Shown here in pieces: positions 10,363 to 19,600 of a DNA stretch of 63,028 bases. Position numbers and translations under genes: made by a program. The stretch spans positions 1-63,028 of the IMG/VR virus record IMGVR_UViG_3300048625_000378; one strand, given 5' to 3'. How positions within the stretch are numbered: the stretch's first letter is position 1; every line of letters starts with the position of its first letter. The notes under the pieces were generated by a model. It saw only the letters and a list, made by a program, of their open reading frames with translations, was not told where the DNA came from and made no database searches. The DNA is from a virus. Lineage: Duplodnaviria > Caudoviricetes.

Positions 10363-10562
10363 AACAAATACTAGACCTTTTAAAAGAAATCGACGATGCC
10401 AATCCTGAAAATAAACTTTGCAGCATTAAATTCTATCAGGATGGAAGCGGAGTTATTTATAACGAAGAAACAGAAATAGCTGGATTCGATACTTGCGAAG
10501 AAGCTGTCGCCCAATTAACGGATGTTCTAAACATTCTCTTAAATCAAAAAGCTAATGCGTAA
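10359..10562 (+). CDS. Hypothetical protein
   Basis: ATGA-coupled ORF. Confidence 0.6.
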   Translation: MKQILDLLKEIDDANPENKLCSIKFYQDGSGVIYNEETEIAGFDTCEEAVAQLTDVLNILLNQKANA

Positions 10563-10896
10563 AGAGACAATTGAAGTTCCTATTTATGACTGTAAGTTAA
10601 CTATCATATTGGATGACGACTTCTCTTATATTCAGAAAAAATATAAAATAAAAAAAGACTTATCTAATTACGGCGCTATAACTCTAGATAAAGAAGCTGG
10701 ATTTAGAAATTATATCGTGTCTTTTACTGACAAAAATCACTTAAGCAATATAGCACACGAAATAGTTCATATAAAGAACGCGATATATTTAGATTGTTCT
10801 ATGAAGCTAGATAGGGAAAACGATGAACACGAAGCCTATTTAACTGGGTGGCTATTTAACCAAATTTATGAATTTTTAGAAAAAAATAAATCATGA
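10555..10896 (+). CDS. Small HExxH metallopeptidase-like protein
   Basis: IAHEIVH followed by EHEAYL. Confidence 0.55.
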   Translation: MRKETIEVPIYDCKLTIILDDDFSYIQKKYKIKKDLSNYGAITLDKEAGFRNYIVSFTDKNHLSNIAHEIVHIKNAIYLDCSMKLDRENDEHEAYLTGWLFNQIYEFLEKNKS

Positions 10897-11717
10897 AAAA
10901 CATACACGTATTACCAACAGATGGTAAAAAGGCGAGTTATCTTGCATTTGACAGAAACAAAAAATTACGCTTTTCAGAATGGTCACATCCTTATGCTTCA
11001 GTAGGAGGTTGGGTTGCTTTACACATCTACATCACTAATTCAGAAGAAATTAAAGAAGAAAAATTAAGATGGATTATTGATAATAGACCAAATATGAATG
11101 GTTTTATTCATCAAGTTTCTGTTTTTTTAGATTCCAAAATATGTCCTGAAATAATCCTAACAACAGACCAAGACTTAATCAAAGATGGTGTACAAGCTAT
11201 TGATGATGAGTTTTTAGAATGGTTTGTCAAGAATCCGAGTTGTGAGGAGGTTGAGGTTGTTTATGAACCGAAAAACTTTTTAGACCCAACGCAGGGTTGG
11301 GAGTATACCATAATATCAAAAATTCCAAAAGAAGATTGGTTACTAAATAATCCACAATGTAAACAGATAGAATCTTGTAGTAAATCATTATCAAAAAAAT
11401 GTATTTGTCCAAAAGAAGAACATAAACAAGAAACACTTGAAGAAGCTATTAAACAAGAATTAGAAGATTATTTCTTTTCTAATATTTCAGAAATAAAAAA
11501 AGCTGAATACTTTATAAGTTTTGGTGCTAAATGGCAACAAGAACAAGACAAGAATAAGTATAGTGAGGATGATGTTCGTGGAATGTTAGAAGATATGTCA
11601 CGTTATGTTAGTACAAAAGAAATGAGAGATGATGTTGTTGGTGTTGGTTATAGTGAATGGGTAAGAAAACGTGATTGGTTTGTAAATCATCTAATTGAAC
11701 AATTTAAAAACAAATAA
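10893..11717 (+). CDS. Mosaic hypothetical protein (ETLEEA/GAKWQQE type)
   Basis: Shares DNA-identical blocks with 12012-12278. Confidence 0.7.
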   Translation: MKNIHVLPTDGKKASYLAFDRNKKLRFSEWSHPYASVGGWVALHIYITNSEEIKEEKLRWIIDNRPNMNGFIHQVSVFLDSKICPEIILTTDQDLIKDGVQAIDDEFLEWFVKNPSCEEVEVVYEPKNFLDPTQGWEYTIISKIPKEDWLLNNPQCKQIESCSKSLSKKCICPKEEHKQETLEEAIKQELEDYFFSNISEIKKAEYFISFGAKWQQEQDKNKYSEDDVRGMLEDMSRYVSTKEMRDDVVGVGYSEWVRKRDWFVNHLIEQFKNK

Positions 11718-11720
11718 GAT

Positions 11721-11909
11721 ATGACAGCAGTAGAATGGTTATTAAATGAAATATCTTCAACTACAATATTAGACAAAGAAGATATTAAATTATTTAAACA
11801 AGCTAAAGAAATTGAAAAGCAACAGATTATTGATGCTTGTAATGCGGGCTTAAGTGGAATACCAAGAAGTTCAAAACAATACTACAACGAAACGTTTAAA
11901 AACAAATAA
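11721..11909 (+). CDS. Hypothetical protein (MTAVEWL...QQIIDA type)
   Basis: Bounded by junction repeats. Confidence 0.7.
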   Translation: MTAVEWLLNEISSTTILDKEDIKLFKQAKEIEKQQIIDACNAGLSGIPRSSKQYYNETFKNK

Positions 11910-11912
11910 GAT

Positions 11913-12008
11913 ATGGGAAAATGGGTAGAAATATTACCATTGTTTTTAGTTAGATGGTTAATTAGTTTCGATGGGTTAGAATTGGTATTAAAAAATAAAA
12001 ACAAATAA
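11913..12008 (+). CDS. 31-aa hydrophobic peptide MGKWVEILPLFLVRWLISFDGLELVLKNKNK
   Basis: Exactly fills the gap between two junction repeats; not in the ORF track. Confidence 0.55.
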   Translation: MGKWVEILPLFLVRWLISFDGLELVLKNKNK

Positions 12009-12011
12009 GAT

Positions 12012-12278
12012 ATGAAAACAGAAGAAACACTTGAAGAAGCTGCTAAAAATTTTTATCAGCCTATAACAACAAATTTAATATGTTCTCCAAAATTAGTTAG
12101 AGATGCTTTTATAGTAGGTGCTAAATGGCAACAAGAACAGATGTATAGTAAAGAAGAAGTAAGACAAATGCTTTGGGAATTAGGAGATGTTTTATTTAAT
12201 AACAATCAAAACGGTATAAAAGAGGGGGATCCTGAAAAATATATTGAAGAAATTATTCAACAATTTAAAAACAAATAA
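12012..12278 (+). CDS. Hypothetical protein (ETLEEA/GAKWQQE type)
   Basis: Bounded by junction repeats. Confidence 0.7.
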   Translation: MKTEETLEEAAKNFYQPITTNLICSPKLVRDAFIVGAKWQQEQMYSKEEVRQMLWELGDVLFNNNQNGIKEGDPEKYIEEIIQQFKNK

Positions 12279-12281
12279 GAT

Positions 12282-12497
12282 ATGGGAATTGTAGGAAGAA
12301 AAAAAGGAATTTCCAATGGCAATGGAAAACTAAAAGATGCTTGTAATTATTGCGAAGGAATTGGAATTTATTTTGGAGGTACTTGTGGGGGTTGTAACGG
12401 AACCGGAAGTGAAAAAATGAGAAAGCAATTGCAAAAAGTTTACAACGCACAAAATAATTTGCCAATCAATTATAATTTAACAGATAAAACAAACTAA
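12282..12497 (+). CDS. Small DnaJ-type zinc-finger protein
   Basis: CNYCEGIG...CGGCNGTG. Confidence 0.6.
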   Translation: MGIVGRKKGISNGNGKLKDACNYCEGIGIYFGGTCGGCNGTGSEKMRKQLQKVYNAQNNLPINYNLTDKTN

Positions 12498-12499
12498 TT

Positions 12500-12937
12500 A
12501 TGAAACTAATTAAAATGACCGACTTCGTGTTGGCTGAAAAACTAACGTTAAACATTAAGGGATATGAAAAAGAATTCATTTCCAATGTGTCAAATTATGC
12601 CAAATTCTTAAAACAACCACTTGAACTAGGAATGTTTGTTCCAGTAGATGAAGATGGTAGGGTTTTGAATGAACCTGAATATTATGATTTATGGAAGGTA
12701 GGGATAGCGCCTAATGATTCTCAAGATGAAATTTGCTTCAAATACCAAAAAGCTAAGGAAAAGGTTTTGTTTGAGGGGTTTAGACCTATTGGAGAAAGAC
12801 ATGTAGGAGCAGGAGATATAGTAATTGGACTGGGCTACAAAAATGGAATTCATCAAACCATTGAAGATTTAGTAATGTATCATAAATCTAAATATTTAAT
12901 ATTAACCGAATCAGCAATTAAACAATTAGGACTGTGA
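12500..12937 (+). CDS. Hypothetical protein
   Basis: Operonic ORF (NYAKFLKQPLELGMFVP). Confidence 0.65.
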   Translation: MKLIKMTDFVLAEKLTLNIKGYEKEFISNVSNYAKFLKQPLELGMFVPVDEDGRVLNEPEYYDLWKVGIAPNDSQDEICFKYQKAKEKVLFEGFRPIGERHVGAGDIVIGLGYKNGIHQTIEDLVMYHKSKYLILTESAIKQLGL

Positions 12938-13344
12938 GAGCACAAGAATTAAGAATTAGAAATTTAGTTGAATGCTTCGGAACAAGAGAAGTAGTTACTA
13001 TTAAAAAGAATAAAATAAAAGTACAACACGAATCAAAAAAAGGGCATTTTATTATTGAATGGGTTCCTATCGATTCATTATCACTAAAACCAATCCCATT
13101 AACAGAAGAATGGTTGTTGAAGTTTGGGTTTTATAAAACAACTGAAAATGCCGGTAATTTAATTTGCTATAAAAAAGGAAAATATACAATAGCAAAGTGG
13201 ATTAATGATAAGTGGCAATTTTGGATTAGCACTATTGATTTATATAATTCTCCACAATACGTTCACCAACTTCAAAATCTATATTTCTCACTAACTGGGG
13301 AAGAATTAATAATTAAAGCGGTACCCGAAAAGCTAATAGAGTAG
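12934..13344 (+). CDS. Conserved Bacteroidota-phage protein (YopX-like)
   Basis: ELRIRNLV...PIPLTEEWLLKFGF...YVHQLQNLYFSLTGEEL. Confidence 0.6.
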   Translation: MRAQELRIRNLVECFGTREVVTIKKNKIKVQHESKKGHFIIEWVPIDSLSLKPIPLTEEWLLKFGFYKTTENAGNLICYKKGKYTIAKWINDKWQFWISTIDLYNSPQYVHQLQNLYFSLTGEELIIKAVPEKLIE

Positions 13345-13368
13345 GGAATAATTAAATATTTTTACATT

Positions 13369-13542
13369 ATGAATTTAGTAGAACAATTAGAGGCTTTAGT
13401 AGCCGAAGCTAAAACAAACGGAATTGGTTTTTATCTGAAAGGAAATAAATCAGCTGGGACACGTTTAAGAAAAAATGCGCAAGACATTAAAAACATTGCG
13501 CAAGAAATCAGAAAAGACGTTTCTGAAAAGAAAAATGGTTAA
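13369..13542 (+). CDS. Histone H1-like Hc1-family protein (57 aa)
   Basis: FYLKGNKSAGTRLRKNAQDIKNIAQEIRKDV; not in the ORF track. Confidence 0.8.
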   Translation: MNLVEQLEALVAEAKTNGIGFYLKGNKSAGTRLRKNAQDIKNIAQEIRKDVSEKKNG

Positions 13543-13559
13543 ATTAACCTAAAAAATCC

Positions 13560-13590
13560 TTTGTGTTAATTTCCTAATTCACTACATTTG
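13560..13590 (+). promoter_or_regulatory. Bacteroidota sigma promoter
   Basis: TTTG-19 bp-TACATTTG. Confidence 0.6.
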
Positions 13591-13665
13591 TAAGTAAGAT
13601 TTGGGATCTTAAATAAGTAGGTTGTAAATTTGTTGGGGGCAACAATTTATAATTACAACTACAAT

Positions 13666-13696
13666 AAAAAGCCGCTATTTTGTAGCGGCTTTTTTT
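13666..13696. terminator. Bidirectional intrinsic terminator between convergent arms
   Basis: AAAAAGCCGCTA-TTTTG-TAGCGGCTTTTTT. Confidence 0.85.
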
Positions 13697-16600
13697 ATTC
13701 TGATACTAGCTTGTTATATTCAAACAATGTTTCTCTATTAATGGCTTTCATTCTTTTCATTTGAAAAACTAATTTTTTCTCTTCTGGGCTTAGTTTCGAA
13801 ATATCTTTCAAATCACTTCCAAACAAATCAACTAACATTAACGCTTTTGTTTCGGCGGTTTTAGCATATTTAATTTCAAAAACATAAGAAGAAACCCCTT
13901 CGTTATTGATTTTATCTCTAATCATTTTCTTTAATCTTTTTGCTTCAAACGGACTTTCTTTAGCAACGTCTTCCAGCTCTTTAGATATTTGAGATATAGT
14001 CATTTCTTTGTTTGTATACGCTTCTGCGTACTTCTTAAATAAAGATTTTGTTTTTAAATTCTCAATCTCGGCCTGTTCTATTTTCTTTTTTAAATCCTTA
14101 TTGCTTTCTAATCTTCTATTAAAATCAGTAGTTTCTTTTTTAACACGATTAAGCGTTGATTTCAACAAATCCTTACCTAGCTTACCAATAACTTCTTTTC
14201 CTTCTTTATCAGAAGCCATTGCGTCTAATCCTCCATATAAAAAACCAACATAAGGCGATGTGCTCGGTGTTGTAATGTAAGACTCTAACCCAGCCTTAAA
14301 TCTAGCAGGAGACATGCCGGTTTCTTCCCCAATTTTTTTATAAAAATCTTCAACTTGTTTACTTTCAAACCCTTCAGCGGCAACTGGAACTTTCCCACGT
14401 AATGCGCTTAGATCTTGCTCTCTATAAAAATCATACCCAGTAGAGTAGGTTAAAGCAGATTTTAATAATGGGTTTCTAGCTAAATTTCCTGTAATACTAA
14501 AATCAACCGGAGAAATATTCTTTTCAAGCGCAAACATTACATTATCGATTGCGTCCGTAGAACTTTCATCACCTATTTTCTTTTTAATAAATGACGTAAT
14601 TATCCCGTCTGTCATTGAAAAGAAAGGTGTTATTTGTTGTGGTTTAGCTATTCTAATATATTCAAATTCACCTTTTTCTGTTTTTTTACCCGTAAAGATT
14701 ATAAAGTAATTAGTTTGATCGTATCTACTTACTCCTTTTTTTGCATACAAGTATTTTTCTGTAGGGGTCATTTCATCATCATCATTGAAAGCCGCAAACA
14801 TGGATATACTTATTCCAATAGTGGCTCCAGACAGAACTCCTGCTGTTTGCGCTACTCTAAAAGTAGTTTCAAATGGTCGTTCTCTAAAATTATCAAACAT
14901 TACACGAGTACCTTGTGTTGCAGCATTCAAATACGGAACAAAAGCATCAGCATCTTTTGTTATTTTACCTCCTTGGTTAAAGTCCATTAATCCACGAGCC
15001 GAGGCAACGGCATTTGTATAAATATCGTCAACCTGGCTTTTGTCTGCAACATCTTCAATTTTATCAAATCCAAGTTCTTTTAATTGGTTCTTAACTGAAC
15101 GGTTGAATACAGCCATTCTGAACCCAATCTCAGAATACATCTGAACTTTATTAAGGGTAATTGCATTTAAAACAGAACTTATACCTTCTCTTTTTTTATT
15201 GTCTATTTTATCAAGTAATTTTTGAACCCCGGTATGTTTTAATTTTCCTTGATCTGTCAAGAAATCCATCATACCTCCATAAGAAATAAAGTTTTTGAAG
15301 TTGTCACTTACTTTTGAAATATCTCTAATTCCAAAATAAGCGTCTTTTATAACTTTAGCAATGTTTACAGGTACAGACATGCCATACTCTTCTGAAAACG
15401 TTGCAATAAACAATAAATCACGAGGTGTATTGGTGATAAAGAAAGTTGGGTTATTCCCGGTAGCCAACGCTTTTACCACAGCGGTACCCGATGCCATAGC
15501 TACAATTTCTTTTGCATTTCCGTTTAAAAAACCTTTAGTAGAGTCGAAATACTGCTCGTGAAAAACCTCTTCCACCATTATAGAATGCTTTACTCCATTT
15601 ATATAGTAATTGGCATTTTTAAATCCTTTCGGCAAGTCGTATTTATATTTTGGATTTCCAGTGTCTGTAAATCCAATAATAGGATTTATTTTAACCCTTT
15701 TGGAAAGTTCTTCAAAGTATTTTATTGTGTTCTTTTCTTGTTTAGTCTGGTCATTCTTTTCTTTTAATTTTTTAACTACCTCGGCTTGTTTCTCCATGAA
15801 CTCAACTAATTTTTTGTTAGTGTTATTCATAGCGATTGACTTGGCTCTTATATTCATTGAACGAGAAAGCAAGTATTGAGAATCGTAAATTAAAGAACTA
15901 TTTAAACCTTCTTCTAATTTTTTAATTTGATCTGCTGATAGGCTTGCATTACTAGATGTTTCAGGAACAAAATCTGTTTCGTTTTTAGTAAGAAACTCTA
16001 AAAACATACGTGGCTGATAATCTATTTCAAAGAACATATCCAAACTTTCTTTTGAAATCAATCCCGATTTTTCCATTTCAGAAAGAAGCCCTTTAAACTC
16101 GCCAAAATAATTATCAGCGCGCTTAGTCAAGTCCTTAAACTTATCTAATCCAAGTTCTTTTTCTAATTCAGTCAATTCAATTTCAGCATCTTGTTTATTA
16201 ATAAAATCAGGATGTACCACGTCCGGCATGTTATTTTTTGCTCTATTTGTATCAATAGCAATAAAACGTCTTAGCTGAATAATTTTATCTAAAGTTTTAA
16301 TTTCTGCAGAAGTAAGGCCTTTGTAAATTTTTGCATGTGCAGAATCATACATTTGTTTTGCATACCCGGTAGCTCCTTTAGAAGCAATTAAATAATTACG
16401 AACTAATCTTCCTCCGGATTTATTTAAAATGAATTTTGGAACAAATTGTCTATCAAAGAAATTAGATATGAAGTTTCTAAACCCTTTGTCTATTTTTTCT
16501 GCTGTAGTTTTCTTGTCTTCTAATGCCTTGTCTGCTTTTTGAAAAGAATCAGCTATTTTTTTTCTTACTTCCGGAACGCTTCGGTTTTTTTGTCTCTCAA

Positions 16601-19600
16601 TGTAATCTTGAGCAATCATTTTTTCACGTCTATCAGAAATAGAGTTTAAAACATCGATTTCAGACTCCCCTTTGTTTAAACGAGCCTGAATATCTTCTTC
16701 AATTTTAAATCGAGACTTTTTAGCTTCCTCTCCTTGGAACGGCTTATTAATGTAGTCTTTAAAGTTGGTATCAAGATCTTGCTGTTCTTTATTAGAAAGG
16801 TTTTTATACCAGTCAGACTGTTTTACATAATCTAATCCGGCTTCGATTATTTCCTGAGCTGTTCTTGCGGTTTGTGCCGCAATTTTCATGGCTTTAACAG
16901 CCCCTCGAGCAACGACAATAGGAAGGTTCATTCCTAAAGTTTCGTCTCCAAAAGATTTTAGGTCTTGATCTAGTTTAGTTAGCCAATCTATAGTCTCGTC
17001 AAGAGCTTTTTTATCGACTACTCTTTCTTGTCGTCTTTGTTCTGATTCTTTTGTTGCTCCTGCTTCTCCTTGTTTCTCTTCATTGATATCAACAAAAGTC
17101 TCTCCTCTCTCGTTAGTTTCTCTGGAACTTGTCGCTTGTTCTCCTTGTTCATACTCGTTTCTTTTTTGATTATAATAATTGTCTGCTTCTTCATCGGTTA
17201 ATTCAGACAGGTAATCCTCTTCCGCTTTTATCGCTTCATATTGCGCAAATTCTTTATCTGTTAATGAACCTAAAAACGCGCGCGCTTCCTCTTCTTGTAA
17301 TTTTATAGTGTTTTCACTTCCGATATTAATTATAGCCTGCTGAACTTCTTTAACACTTCCAAATGAATTAATAATATCGATCAATTGGTTTCTAATCTCT
17401 TGTTGGTCTAATTCTATTTCAGAACCTTGCCAAATTTGTTCAGAAAGTTTTTCTACCGATGGTAATGTTTCTTTAGCTGATTGATTTGTGGCCCATTTGC
17501 TATCTGTGTTTCCGGCTTCTGATGCCAGCGAATCAACAGAAACCTTGGATCCTGTAGCTAACGCATGTAATGCCGCTTCATATTCATTACTAGGAGTAAA
17601 GTTAGTTAATATTTCTTTATTCCTTTTGGTTAATTCATTTTCAGTTTCTAAACCAAGCGCTTCTGATTCAATCGAAGCCCAGTTTCCATTTTTTCGAAGT
17701 TTTGTTTTGGTAACAATTTTACCGGTTTTTTTGTCTTTGCTTTTATAAGTGGCTTCAACAAATTCTACAATAGGCTTACCGGTTTTTGAATTACGAATGC
17801 CTATTACAATTCCATTTTCTATATCAACATCAAATGTAGTAGATTCGCCTGTTTTAGGGTTTTTTACTTTTGAAGAAGTTATAGTTTTTGTTTGAACGCT
17901 TCTGCTTTCAATGGAGGATTGTACATTACTTTCTTTAGTATTTTTTTGCTTTGAATCTCCACTTTCGTCCATGATTGTAGTTCCAGGCTGAACGTTTCCA
18001 TCAGTAGGAGTATTTTGGCTCTGTGCTGCTTCATCAGGCTTATTCTTTTTAACAATGTCGTCAATAACGTAAATAGTTCCGTCCGCATCTTTTAAAACAT
18101 TCCTTGGCCTTAAATCAGATACGGTGTATTGCTCGTTTTTAAATGTATGGTCGTTTACTTTTTCAAAACCTATTGAAACCATGTGGTTATCAATGTCTTC
18201 TTGGGTAGCTTGTTCTACGTTTAAAACAAAATCTTGCTTTAAAATAGGCTCAATGTATGGGATTTTACCTTCTCCTTTATCAATTCCAGTAAATCCAACT
18301 AACTCATATTGTGTTTCTGGGAATATGGCATTATGACCCTCTAGTCCTTCAAAGAAAGATGAAAGAGTATTTTGATGGTTCGATAAATTATTTGATTTGT
18401 ATAACGTTTGTTCTTCTTGATTGTAAACAATTGTATTTTCGTTTCCCCCGATATTTGTTGGAGTCCCAAGAGAGTAAAAATCTTTAACCCATAAGTCTTT
18501 TTCTTTAGCGAACTTTAAGGCCTCTTCTTTTTGAAGATCTTCTATTTCAAATCGGGTGAGGGGTCTTTGGAGTTTCTCTTCATTCTCTCTAGTTCTTTCT
18601 CCCAATCTATTGAGCGCTTCTTGCTCTCGGCTATATATTTCATTGCCGCTTCCGAGTTCTTTTGGTGTGCCGGAGTTAGATATTTTGGTTTGTTGCTCAT
18701 CACTTACAAAATTAGGATTATTTTTTTCATTTACAACATTTTCTTCCTTATAAATAGCAAATGCTTCCTTGCTAATTTGTTCATCATTTAACGTGATTTT
18801 TTTAGTTCCGTCTGGATTTAACTCTTTTACTAATTTACGTTGTGCTAAGTCTTTAAGTCTGATTTGTTCTTCAGGAGCCAGTCGTCCTATTTCTGCTGAT
18901 GCTCCACGTTGTAATAAGTCTATTCTTCTTTGTTCAGTATCGTCAAATTCAGTTTTTAAATTAGATATAATTTCATTTTTCAAATCATCTTCTAAATTAT
19001 CATCGAATTTTATCTTTTCGGCTTTAGCTTTAATTTCTGCTTGTTTTTTTTCTATGCTTATAATTTCTTTAAACTGATTGTTTGATAGAATAGAAATATT
19101 TTTAACCGATTTTTTGATCAAGGATTCTACTTCAGTTTTTACTTTGTTTAAACCATCTTGAATTATCAATTTTGTATCAGAATCTAATTTTGGATTGTCT
19201 AGTTGGGCTTGTAATTTTAATGATTTAGCACTCGCTTCTTGAATTTTATTATCTATGGTAAATGGTCTAATTGTTTGCTTGTAATTAGCGGCAATAAATG
19301 GAATAATAAATCCCATTGCTCCTCCGGCGGCGCCCGCATCAGTCATACCTTCGGTAAAAGGTTTTCCGTCAATCACATTTTCAATACCTTGAGTCCCTGT
19401 TTCGTCTAAAGTTTCGGAAATCCCTCCTTCAATTGAAGTACCAAGATAATTCTTTGCTCTGCTCCACATTCCTTTAGCGATCTCTCTTTTTTCTAAATTT
19501 GTAGCACTTGAGATTACTCTTCCGGCATTTTTAAGCACCATTAAATCTACGGCCGCGCTTGCGGTTTCTGCCAATCCATAGCCAAGAGGATGAAGTAGCA

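Larger units (their letters stand above)
11698..12288 (+). repeat. Four copies of the gene-junction repeat AAAAACAAATAAGATATG (stop plus next start)
   Basis: Copies end at ATGs 11721, 11913, 12012 and 12282. Confidence 0.9.

Noticed and set aside
11698-12288. CRISPR-like or integron attC array
   Set aside because: Intervals are unequal whole ORFs (about 100-270 bp), the repeat is not palindromic, and no integrase is present; kept only as a junction-repeat finding
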